A stretch of DNA of 21,001 nucleotides from Coniocarpon cinnabarinum (lineage: Eukaryota). The notes beneath the pieces were generated by a model that saw only the letters and a program-made list of their open reading frames with translations, ran no database searches and had not been told where the DNA came from. The position numbers were made by a program, and so were the translations under genes. Below, piece by piece: positions 10,375 through 19,816 of the stretch; positions within the stretch are counted from its first letter, which is position 1; each line of letters starts with the position of its first letter. The DNA lies in NCBI GenBank assembly GCA_051942205.1, contig JAVECO010000103.1, positions 62,001 through 83,001 of the forward strand. Direction: 5' to 3'.

Positions 10375-12171
10375 ATGGCCGACTCAGATAACACAAATTC
10401 GCTTCCAGAGCGGCCAAGAGAGGGTGAGGGACCCGACGGCCCTGCATCGGCACCTTCAAAAAATGCGTTGAAGAAGGCAGCGAAAGAGAAAGAGAAGGCC
10501 GAGAAAGCAGCAAAGCGTAAAGCGGCCGAGGAGACTCAGAAGGCTCAAGCCGAGGCCGAAGATGTATCCAAAGAAGACTATGGTGACCTACCACTTGTCG
10601 GCTCTGCAGCTTACAACCCTCCGCATGACAACCGAAGGACCCTCCAAGATATTTCACAGCAGTATACCGAGAACACGTCTTTTGCGGAAGTGCCTGGTGG
10701 ACCAAAAGTCGTCTTCAGAGCTACAGTGGAGAATGCGCGCGAGCAATCCGCTAAATTGACCTTCCTGGTCCTTGGACATAAGCTGGACACGATTCAAGCG
10801 GTCGTTGCTGCGAGCGAGAGCACATCAAGACAGATGGTCAAATATGCCAAGAATATCACACAACAGAGTCAGGTTGTTGTTCACGGTCTGGTGAAAAAGC
10901 CCAAAGACCTCGTCAAATCATGCACAATTGGCTGGCTCGAAATACATGTTGGACGCCTGTTCGTGATTGCTCGAGCCGAGACCCCACTGCCTGTACAAGT
11001 CGAAGACTGCGAGCGTGCACTCCCTGAAGAGGACGCCACTGCAGCCGCTGCAAATGATGAGTCTGGCCGTCCTCTTGTAGGCTTGGCTACTCGTCTAAAC
11101 AACCGAACAATCGATCTTCGTTCTAAACTCAACACTGCCATTTTCCTTATCAAGGATGGCGTCGCCGATCTCTTTACTTCCTTTCTTCACGAGCGTAAGT
11201 TCATTTCGACACATACTGCGAAACTTCTAGGTGCCGCTACCGAAGGTGGTGCGTCTGTCTTTCCAGTTAAGTACTTCGAGCGGAGCGCCTTCCTCGCTCA
11301 ATCACCGCAGTTCTACAAACAGATGTTGGTTGCCGCTCAGTTTGAGAGAGTGATGGAGATTGGTCCTGTGTTTCGGGCAGAGAACAGCAATACTGGTCGA
11401 CATCTGACCGAATTTACCGGCCTGGATCTGGAGATGGCATTCGAGGAGCACTATCACGAAGTGGTTGACCTGCTTGAAGAGCTCATGTTGCACATATTCC
11501 ATGGCTTACGAGAACGATATAGCAAAGAGACTGAGCTTGTGAGAAAGACATATAATATTGAAGAATTCCGTCTCCCTGCCAAGGGCCAGAAAGCTCCCCG
11601 CCTACACTATTCTGAAGGCGTGTCGATGCTACGCGGAGCCGGGCAGGAGATGGACGATTTCGACGATCTCAGTACTGCACATGAGAAATTGTTAGGTAAG
11701 CTTGTGCTCGACAAATTCGGCTCCGACTTCTACATTCTTGATCAGTACCCGTTGGCAGTCCGCCCCTTTTACACAATGCCTTCGTCTTCTCCGACACCAG
11801 GCTCGACAGCCTTGGCCATCGCATCCGCAAGTCCAGCAGCTGTTGCAACCGGATCAGATACGAAGGATTCTTGGCCCAAGGGCCCATACAGTAATAGCTT
11901 CGACTTCCACATGCGCGGCGTGGAGATACTTTCGGGCGCTCAGCGCGTGCACAACGCAGAGCTGTTGCAAGAGCGAATGAGAGCGCAGGGCCCGCCGGTC
12001 AATCCAGACCAAACTGGTTTGAAGGAATACGTTGATAGCTTTAGGCATGGGTGTCCACCTCACGGAGGAGCTGGGTTGGGGCTGGAGCGCATCGTCATGC
12101 TATGGCTTGGTCTCCCGAATGTACGGCTGGCAAGTTTATTTCCGAGGGATCCTGGCCGGTTGGCACCTTGA
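10375..12171 (+). CDS. DPS1: Cytoplasmic-type aspartyl-tRNA synthetase (class IIb), 598 aa; upstream in-frame ATG at 10267
   Basis: Lys-rich N-terminal helix SKNALKKAAKEKEK, OB-fold anticodon domain, ATEGGASVF, LAQSPQFYKQML, motif 2 GPVFRAENSNTGRHLTEF, EILSGAQRVH, motif 3 PPHGGAGLGLERIVM, C-terminal SLFPRDPGRLAP. Intronless. Confidence 0.95.
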   Translation: MADSDNTNSLPERPREGEGPDGPASAPSKNALKKAAKEKEKAEKAAKRKAAEETQKAQAEAEDVSKEDYGDLPLVGSAAYNPPHDNRRTLQDISQQYTENTSFAEVPGGPKVVFRATVENAREQSAKLTFLVLGHKLDTIQAVVAASESTSRQMVKYAKNITQQSQVVVHGLVKKPKDLVKSCTIGWLEIHVGRLFVIARAETPLPVQVEDCERALPEEDATAAAANDESGRPLVGLATRLNNRTIDLRSKLNTAIFLIKDGVADLFTSFLHERKFISTHTAKLLGAATEGGASVFPVKYFERSAFLAQSPQFYKQMLVAAQFERVMEIGPVFRAENSNTGRHLTEFTGLDLEMAFEEHYHEVVDLLEELMLHIFHGLRERYSKETELVRKTYNIEEFRLPAKGQKAPRLHYSEGVSMLRGAGQEMDDFDDLSTAHEKLLGKLVLDKFGSDFYILDQYPLAVRPFYTMPSSSPTPGSTALAIASASPAAVATGSDTKDSWPKGPYSNSFDFHMRGVEILSGAQRVHNAELLQERMRAQGPPVNPDQTGLKEYVDSFRHGCPPHGGAGLGLERIVMLWLGLPNVRLASLFPRDPGRLAP

Positions 12172-12488
12172 TTAGCAACAATGTGGTCGTCGTGTCTCTC
12201 AAGATACGCGAAGAACAGCGGAAGCTGACACAGCAGGTCGCCGTCTCTGGCATGCCAATTCTCTTGTCACAGCGAGAACAAAGGTGCCAGATGTGTGCAT
12301 GCCGCTTCTCACTTCCTCCACCGGACTGGAATGATAGCTCACCTTAGCCATGCACTGTTCCAAGGCAGAAGTGACAAACTCCTTGGGCCGTCGTGGACTT
12401 GTCAGCTCTTTATTTGTCAAACCTTCCTGTAACCTTTGAAAGATCTCGTTTAACATTCTGCAGACAATTTGAGAAATTGTTTGCAGAT

Positions 12489-12980
12489 ATGCCGCTACCC
12501 GAATTCATTGCAACCGCCCCACCCAATCTCATAGACAGGGAAGAGGGCCAAACGATGGCGCAACGTTTGCCACTAGATATCATCCTTTGTATCATTGATG
12601 CAGCGATCAAACCCCCCAGTTTGACACTACACGACAGCGAAGAGGACAGAGAAGTTGGAAAACAGCAATATTTTCAGCGTGTCCTTACTTTGGCGAGCGT
12701 TAATCGCTTTTGTCTCTGCAGAGTCATGACTGGGCTCTGCCGGCTACACCGCATCCTCAATGCCGAACGACAACAATTAGCACTAAGACCATTGCCGAAG
12801 TTTACAGAGAGGCAAAACGACCGTTTCCAGTGGGTCCGAGTAGTTGTGCCAATGATCTCTGGCCTAGTGCAGAGACTGCAAGATGACCTCTATTACATAA
12901 CGTACCCACTCGGGAGGCATACCAAAGATCGGACAAACGCGCACGTGACTAGCTTAGCCTTGCTGAAAGGGTATAGCTAG
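12489..12980 (+). CDS. Small F-box-like protein (array member 1; start 12489 or 12555)
   Basis: QRLPLDIILCIIDAA...VLTLASVNRFCLCRV resembles the F-box pattern LP.E(I/L)...I ... L..V.(R/K), followed by helical segments. Confidence 0.55.
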   Translation: MPLPEFIATAPPNLIDREEGQTMAQRLPLDIILCIIDAAIKPPSLTLHDSEEDREVGKQQYFQRVLTLASVNRFCLCRVMTGLCRLHRILNAERQQLALRPLPKFTERQNDRFQWVRVVVPMISGLVQRLQDDLYYITYPLGRHTKDRTNAHVTSLALLKGYS

Positions 12981-13962
12981 ACTTTCGTGTTGCGACTGCA
13001 GCGCAAGAACATGCTTCCAGACAGGTCAACCGGATTACTTGTGTAGTCACTGCATTGGCATACCGGCCCTAAATGTCCTTAATCTCACGTTGAGAGGGCA
13101 AGCAATGTTGTTGAATCTGATCTCCGAGAAAACGCTAGCTTTTTTGGTCGCAAAATATGTAAGAACTTACGAGTACCGCAATGACATGGCCTAAGTTCAT
13201 GACTTTGTGACACAGAGTATCTGCTCCAAATTGATATCATGCCTCTTGGAAGACAATGATGTCTCCATCACGGCCACCGTCTTAGCGCGATGTTGCTTGC
13301 TTGCAGCTTTCAATGGCCACCAAGCGCACACAACTGTGTTCGCAGGCCAGATATGACGTGTCCCAATCAGATCTGCAATGTTGCAGCAATGTCGCAATAA
13401 ATGAGTCCGAACAGCATCCGGCGTTTGCTCAACAAACTGCTGGCCAGAATTGTCAATCGCCGTGTGGAAGCGAATTTAGCCTGCGATAGGGTGCTACGCG
13501 CTGATGCTCTTCGTCTTGACCTTTTCTCAATTTTGCCGTCACGGGGCGCAATGCATCTCACAAATACGTCAAGCCTTCCAGGCATCCCGCGCCACGAATG
13601 GGATGCAATGTAGCTATGTGCTCAAGCGCAAAGAAAGAGGAGCCCGTAGCTGGAGTCAAAATCTGGATATACTTGCAAGCCTTGAGCCCGCTATCTGGGA
13701 TTTGATTGTGTGACGATTTCGGAACAAACATTATGGTATTGCCAGTGACGATCCGTGATCATCTCATTGGGGTTAAGGCTGTGCAGCGAGAGCGTTTGTT
13801 AAGCTGCGCTTGTCGCGTCCACCTTGGGAAGCAATGTCTGCCTGCGGCTCTCGACACGTTTGCAGCGGTTGAGGATACTTAAGAGCGCTCGGCCATCACG
13901 TCAACCCGAATCACTTCATCCACGGTATCCAGGGATCTTTCCCCTCACCCCACCTCTGAAAG

Positions 13963-14643
13963 ATGGCAGACTCTATCTGGGAACCTCGATACATTACACA
14001 AGATGAGCTTGCCAACGGCATCATGTTCGACATGGTGGAAGTCGAAGAAAAACCATTTCACCTTTATGATCAAACCGAATGGGAAGCCTACACCAAAATC
14101 GATTATGATAAGCCGCTGCCAAATCTACCAAACGAGCTCATCCTTCGCATCGTTGACCTTTCCCTCCGCGCCACGTTCCAAATGGAAGCGTTCGACGCTC
14201 GCAACGTGGTTCGCCTCGCTTTCGTCAATCACTCGGTCTACAGCACGGTGAAGGCGACATTGGACGCTCAAGTCAGAGAGCTGACTGAAGATCTGGAAAT
14301 AGTCTAGGCGGAGAAGGGGCAAACTAACGAGGAGAATAGTAAGTTGAAGAACATCGAGCTTCGTTGCGATTGTAACGACTGAAACTATGTAGAATGTCTG
14401 TGCCCTGGGTGTCAACGGCACGATAAGATACGAGATGCATTGCGCGAGATAGAGGAGCTCAGCAAGATGTTTCTTGCCCGGTTCGAGGAAGTGGATATCG
14501 AGTTCGAGAAATTCGCTCAAGCCAAAGCTGCGTCACGCATTGAGGATGAAAAGGACAAAGGCGAGGGCGTGAAAGGGTGGATCTACAAGAACTTGATGGC
14601 GCCTCTACTAGCGTGGCTTCAGTGGCTGATTGGCTGGACATGA
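13963..14643 (+). pseudogene. F-box-like protein (array member 2) interrupted by two in-frame stops
   Basis: KPLPNLPNELILRIVD...VRLAFVNHSVYSTVKATL. The same frame continues through TAG 14305-14307 and TGA 14380-14382 into CDCND*NYVECLCPGC and the 14440-14643 ORF, giving 226 codons, like its paralogs. Confidence 0.65.
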
Positions 14644-15177
14644 TCATTTGCGAAGTCAGATCGTGACCGGACTTGCAGTCTGCGACTGATCTTTTGTTTC
14701 TTGATCCTACGATTGACGTAATGCGAAGAGTATCTAGTATTATTTAATCACTATCCGAGTGAACCAGAAATGGCCAATCTGTCGCTTTTCACAAGTTTGG
14801 AGCTTATACGATACACGATACGCGCTGCCGGCATGGTCTGGCTTCTAGCGGCTCAGTAGCGAAGCCTGAAGGCTCACCTGACAATGCCTCTTGCGAACAT
14901 TGACACAAGCCTTTCAATGACCTCATGTTCACCACCATGTTGCCTTACGATGAAGAGGCTCTATCCAAGCATTGAGTTTGAACGATTAGTCCTTCGGTTG
15001 CCAAAGCTCGAGAAGAGAGAGCCGTTACTAACATTGGCAGTCTCCAAAAAATTACAGACGACGATGATCTAGTCGCGCATGACAACTTCATGCAAGCCAC
15101 TCGCGCTTTTTGCCCTCCTCTCAAACGCAGATGAGGGTTAAAGCAGGTCCCTGTTGTTTTCAAGTTGCAAGACCCGC

Positions 15178-15244
15178 CTGTGGCTATGCTCACAATGGTC
15201 GCTGTTTGCATTTGCGAGCTCCGCCACAATTGGGGTGTCTATAG
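15178..15244 (+). repeat. Duplicated upstream element, copy 1
   Basis: CTGTGGCTATGCTCAC...TCGCTGTTTGCATTTGCGAGCTCCGCCAC, similar to 16340-16389 and 17199-17264. Confidence 0.7.
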
Positions 15245-15317
15245 GCTGGGTTTATCGCTACGTTCTTTCAAAATCACTCTAGTTCGAAGCATCCTTTCAA
15301 TTCATCACAGTTGGAGA

Positions 15318-15959
15318 ATGTCAGCTGCCTTTAAAGACCCTATGTTACATCCACCTCTGTCCCCGATTGGGGAAATCAATGAGAAGTTCGTACGGTTTCG
15401 GAGGTTCCCCTTCTACGATCAATCGGACCTAAGTCCACACATTGACCTCGACACTGACCAGTCGTTGCCGCCACTCCCCACCGAGCTCGTACTCCAAATC
15501 CTCGAAATTTACGCACAATCGCTTCTTCAAAGACCAAGGGTCCTGGGTGTGGAGATCAAAAACTTTATTCTGGTCAATCGCTTCTCGTATGAGACAGTCA
15601 AAGCAACTGTCCTTTCCCAGCTACAGTACTTCATCACACAGACAGCAGGCATCACATCCATAATAGCAAACCACTGCCGTAGACGGCCTCCTAAAGAAGG
15701 CAGACCCGAACCGCCTTGGTGCTACTGTGGGTTTTGTTGGCCTTTGGGAAAGCGGCTCCGAGATGACCGTTGCCAGTGGTGGAAGTTATATGACATGCGT
15801 GATGAGCTCAAGTTCAGGATGTGTGTCGGTCGACAAGTTCTCGTGTGGTATGACGCTTTTGAGAAGAGGATGCAAAAGATCGCACGGCGCAAGGCACGCC
15901 TGGGGCCAATAGTACACCCATTCAAGACCCTGAGATCCCTTATCGCAAGACAGGCTTGA
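15318..15959 (+). CDS. F-box-like protein (array member 3), 213 aa
   Basis: FPFYDQ...SLPPLPTELVLQILEIYAQ...IKNFILVNRFSYETVKATV, Cys cluster, RCQWWKLYDM. ATG 15318 chosen by comparison with paralog lengths. Confidence 0.75.
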   Translation: MSAAFKDPMLHPPLSPIGEINEKFVRFRRFPFYDQSDLSPHIDLDTDQSLPPLPTELVLQILEIYAQSLLQRPRVLGVEIKNFILVNRFSYETVKATVLSQLQYFITQTAGITSIIANHCRRRPPKEGRPEPPWCYCGFCWPLGKRLRDDRCQWWKLYDMRDELKFRMCVGRQVLVWYDAFEKRMQKIARRKARLGPIVHPFKTLRSLIARQA

Positions 15960-16339
15960 CGCTACGGCCGTATCTTACACGACTATCGATCACTTCGCCA
16001 GATCTACTTCCTTCGCCATCCGTTGGTGGCCGACAGCAGCAAAGTTCCACATTCTCATACACTCCTTTGCAACTTTTTATTTAACAACGGTTGCATCAGA
16101 CCAAATCTTGGTGCCAACCATCGTTCGTGTACTCAGAAGCTTGGGGGTAAATGCAATGTGTAGATGCAATGATACTCCCTTAATTGGTATTTCAAAAGCT
16201 CAGTGAGGAAGACCTGAGCCTCATCACATGAGAAAACGTTATGTGATGCGAGCCAATGTGCGGGCTTTCGCCTTTTGACAAACTCAGATCGGGTCGGTGA
16301 AGTAGGCTTTGATTGTTGGCTGTGGGCTGCAAGGTTTGT

Positions 16340-16389
16340 CTGTGGCTATGCCCACTTTTCGCTGTTTGTAATGGGAGTCTCTGCCACCA
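16340..16389 (+). repeat. Duplicated upstream element, copy 2
   Basis: CTGTGGCTATGCCCAC...TCGCTGTTTGTAATGGGAGTCTCTGCCAC. Confidence 0.7.
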
Positions 16390-16450
16390 TTCAAATTTCT
16401 CTAACCGTTTGGTTGAGTGCCTAACTCAACATTGAGTCGGATCACGCCAA

Positions 16451-17089
16451 ATGGCAAAGATGCCAGAATCCTCGGGTCAGTATGACCGTGTGTCGGTATA
16501 CCCTCTAAGATTCATGCGCGAGTGTCCGGGACGCCCAGGAACGTTCCCGTTCTACGGTCGTACAAAATGGACGTCGCGCTTCGGCATCAATCCACGCAAG
16601 CCATTGCCGCAACTTCCAACGGAGCTCGTGATCCAAATCCTCGAGATTTGCGCCCAGTCGCTTCTTGAAATGCCCTTAGTGCGTGGCTGGGAAATCAAGA
16701 ACCTCCTTATCGTCAATCGGTTCATGTACAGGACAGTCAAAGCAACGGTCGCCTCTCAGATGACCTACTTTGCCTCAGAAAAGGCACGCATACTTGTCGC
16801 CATGCAAGATCCCTGTTACAATCGACCTACCCACGAAAGCGTAAACGACTACGATTGCCGATATTATTATCATTCATCACACTTGTCCAAGCGCTGTGAA
16901 TGGTGGCATCTGTTTGACATGGAAATCGAATTGCAAAGGAGGAGGTTGCTTGCCCTCCGCGTTCTTGCGTGGTATATTGCTCTGGAGCAGAGACTGCAGA
17001 AGATTGCGTGGCGCAAAGCACGGCTGCGGCGAATACTACGCCCACTTACCGCGCTGACATGCAGTAGTGCAAAAAATAATCGACGCTAG
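16451..17089 (+). CDS. F-box-like protein (array member 4), 212 aa
   Basis: FPFYG...KPLPQLPTELVIQILEICAQ...IKNLLIVNRFMYRTVKATV...RCEWWHLFDM. Clear DNA-level similarity to member 3. Confidence 0.75.
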   Translation: MAKMPESSGQYDRVSVYPLRFMRECPGRPGTFPFYGRTKWTSRFGINPRKPLPQLPTELVIQILEICAQSLLEMPLVRGWEIKNLLIVNRFMYRTVKATVASQMTYFASEKARILVAMQDPCYNRPTHESVNDYDCRYYYHSSHLSKRCEWWHLFDMEIELQRRRLLALRVLAWYIALEQRLQKIAWRKARLRRILRPLTALTCSSAKNNRR

Positions 17090-17198
17090 GATAGCGAGTG
17101 AGGGGCGGAGCAGGTTTTGATCGCTGTTTGTGGGCTATGAGGCGCCTGTACCCCCGTGCAGGTTTGTTGCTGTTAGGTATTTATGGGTTGCATGGCGC

Positions 17199-17264
17199 CT
17201 GCGGCTCCGCGCACGTTTGTCGCCGTTTGTAATGACGAGCTTTGCTACCTTTGGGGCTTATAAA
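17199..17264 (+). repeat. Duplicated upstream element, copy 3, ending in TATAAA (17259-17264)
   Basis: CTGCGGCTCCGCGCAC...TCGCCGTTTGTAATGACGAGCTTTGCTAC...GGGGCTTATAAA. Confidence 0.65.
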
Positions 17265-17350
17265 TTTTTCTTTCCATGACACTTCACCCACAATTCTTAC
17301 TCATCACTCCAGATCACAAAATTTGTTCAGACTAGTTTCAAGTGACAAAG

Positions 17351-18031
17351 ATGGCAGACGCTTTTCTTAATGAGGATGAATCGATGCGAAAACCTCTCCC
17401 GCCGCTTGAAACTATCAATCTAACTACCGAGAACTGGGGATTTCCTTTTTACGACAATAAGATATGGAGTCTACCCATCGACATCAACCTTCCTCGGCCA
17501 CTACCACATCTTCCGAATGAGCTTGTTGATAACATTATCGCTATCTACGCGCGCTCGATGCTTGAGATGCCCCACTTTCTGGGCGTCCAAATGCAGGATC
17601 TTGTATTGGTCAATCACTACACATACATGACAGTTAGGAAGAGTGTGATCTCTCAGTTCGCTCACTTTATCATAGAAGAGAGGCGTATCAGAACTAAGAT
17701 GACCGAGCCCATGCCTCTGCAAAATTTGAAAGACGATACACTTAAAGCACCATGTGAATGCGGGCTTATCCGCTTGCATCATACCCGGAATCGTTGCGAG
17801 TGGTGGAGGCTGTATAGCATGTCCAGCGACTTAGAACAGAAAATTCGGATTGCTAGAGCCATTGTCATATGGTTCAAAGCCATGGACCAGAAGTTGCAGA
17901 AGATCCCCAAGCACAAGTCGGTATCAACCGTTCAAAGCAAGTCTGAGAGTTCGAAGAACTGCGCAGAAAAGTCCGACAAAAGCGTGGAGCGACACGGCAT
18001 GTTACTACGCGACTCACGCGCCCACCCGTAG
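17351..18031 (+). CDS. F-box-like protein (array member 5), 226 aa
   Basis: FPFYDN...RPLPHLPNELVDNIIAIYAR...MQDLVLVNHYTYMTVRKSV...CECG...RCEWWRLYSM. First ATG at 17351. Confidence 0.75.
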   Translation: MADAFLNEDESMRKPLPPLETINLTTENWGFPFYDNKIWSLPIDINLPRPLPHLPNELVDNIIAIYARSMLEMPHFLGVQMQDLVLVNHYTYMTVRKSVISQFAHFIIEERRIRTKMTEPMPLQNLKDDTLKAPCECGLIRLHHTRNRCEWWRLYSMSSDLEQKIRIARAIVIWFKAMDQKLQKIPKHKSVSTVQSKSESSKNCAEKSDKSVERHGMLLRDSRAHP

Positions 18032-19177
18032 CCTTGACGTGTCGAGTTCGATCCCGGTCTGGGTAGTGAAATCCTTGGAGTCCCGTTTGCAGCAGTTTTT
18101 TCGAACCCAGCATTAGCACGTTGTCAACATACTCTGTGTCATCCTCAAACATTTCAGTACTGTTATGAGATAACACAGACGCTATCTTCAACCGACTTAC
18201 GTAGTTTAATAGTGATTTCGAAGACTCAAGTCCAGTGGCAATCATCACTTGTGTAATTGAAGATTCGATGTAGATCTCATGATCCTCACGTTGTCTTTGA
18301 CTCTTAGCCTCATTGGCAAAGCGCTGAGCGCATGTGGCCTGGTCATGCTAAGGTGTGCTCAGGTAAAGATGTCAAAAAAGACAGACGTTCCAAAAATTGT
18401 GCCTTGACTTCGACCAATTGTCGTCTTTATGCTATGTGTGCTCAATAAGCGAGCGCTGATCGCGCCGACGCCGGGAATACCCGTTCGCTGCATTCTGGAG
18501 GCTGACCGAATCACATGAACAGAAAGAGCGAAAGCCTTTCGTCAACACGGCGTAGCATGGGAGGCCGCGCAGAGAACGCTAACTAAGGGACATCATTACA
18601 TTCACAACATGCGGGTCGACCATCGCCTCGCTTGAATACGCGTTCATGGGGCACTCAGATGGTCTTGCCTGCCTCAGTGTCGCGCTTTGTCTTCCATTTT
18701 AAATCGTGCATCCCCAGCTTATAAGCTGTCCTTCGCCCTTCACGTGAGTTCTTGAATGGCTTGTCTGAATATGTTCACGTCCATGCATGATGTACGTATC
18801 CGCGCGCATTGAGACTTTTGGCGACGTCACTGACACCCAACAAGTGTGAAGTCTTGGCTGTTTTAAAGCACGCAGCCCGCTGTTCCTGGTGAACGAAACG
18901 ATGTCGCCCAGTACCGGTCCTTTCTCAATGCCACACACTATGCAGCCATTCATCCAGTCGCCGGAGCCTGAGTCACGATTCTGTTTCAGGAGAGACCCCA
19001 TGCGGGCTGTAAACCAATGCAAACCTCCAGGCGCCAGCGGTGGCAATGACGTACACGACGATTGACCGCTTTTTCACACCGCATGTCGGATGCCCTTACA
19101 TTTTCAACCTCACAAACAACTTTGACAGCATCCCAATCAAATCATCAAGCTTGATCTGACAAAGGAAAGACACCGCG

Positions 19178-19816
19178 ATGGCTTCCACACCTCAGGATCA
19201 TGTCGAGTCTTCGACACCAAAGCAATCCACCAACGAGACATCCCCTCCTCAACTTCCCAGAGAACTCATCATCCGCATCGTCAACTTGACCGTCGCGGCC
19301 TACTTCAAAAAGCCGACCCCCGAAACCATGCTCCAAACGCTCCACCTCGCCACCGTGTCACGCATGTGGCTCAATCTCGTCGACGCACAGGTTCAGCGAA
19401 TCGCCGCTCAAGCCTCGACCTGGGCGCATGACTACTGCAAGAAGACGAAGCAGATCGAGGAGTTCGACGTCGAGGCGGGCACCCTTCGCTTCCAGGGAGC
19501 ACAGCATGTCTTCACGTGCGTGAACGACATCGACGACATTGTGACATACGTTGGGTCTTGGGGTGACACGGGCCCCTCGCATATGGATGTCGAGGCTGTT
19601 CGGGCACAGCGGGAGGAATTCGGAACTGTGGACAAGCTCACGAAGTACTGCATTGCGGAGAGCTTCTATCAGTACTTCGATGTGTACGACTTTGCGAGGA
19701 AGGTTCATGCGTGTTTGCAGAAGCATGTTACCAAGATGACCCCTGGCAAGAAGTCAGGAAAGAAATCGGGAAAGAAGTCGGGGAAGAAATCGGACAAGAA
19801 GACAGCGAAGGGTTGA
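19178..19816 (+). CDS. F-box-like protein (array member 6) with Lys-rich tail, 212 aa
   Basis: PPQLPRELIIRIVNLTV...LQTLHLATVSRMWLNLV is the closest to the F-box consensus (L..VSR.W). Third codon positions look GC-rich. Confidence 0.75.
   Translation: MASTPQDHVESSTPKQSTNETSPPQLPRELIIRIVNLTVAAYFKKPTPETMLQTLHLATVSRMWLNLVDAQVQRIAAQASTWAHDYCKKTKQIEEFDVEAGTLRFQGAQHVFTCVNDIDDIVTYVGSWGDTGPSHMDVEAVRAQREEFGTVDKLTKYCIAESFYQYFDVYDFARKVHACLQKHVTKMTPGKKSGKKSGKKSGKKSDKKTAKG
19745..19801 (+). repeat. Coding 12-nt tandem repeat, (GKKS)n
   Basis: GGCAAGAAGTCA GGAAAGAAATCG GGAAAGAAGTCG GGGAAGAAATCG GACAAGAAG encodes GKKSGKKSGKKSGKKSDKK. Confidence 0.85.

Noticed and set aside
14272..14392. Possible stwintron (acceptor TAG overlapping donor GTAAGT at 14339)
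   Set aside because: No good G-preceded internal donor for a [D1,2] form, base 14393 is A so no [A2,3] acceptor is re-formed, and the unspliced frame already matches paralog architecture.
18044..18056. B-box-like GAGTTCGATCCC
   Set aside because: Flanks do not form a T-arm or cloverleaf, and it lies just after a stop codon.
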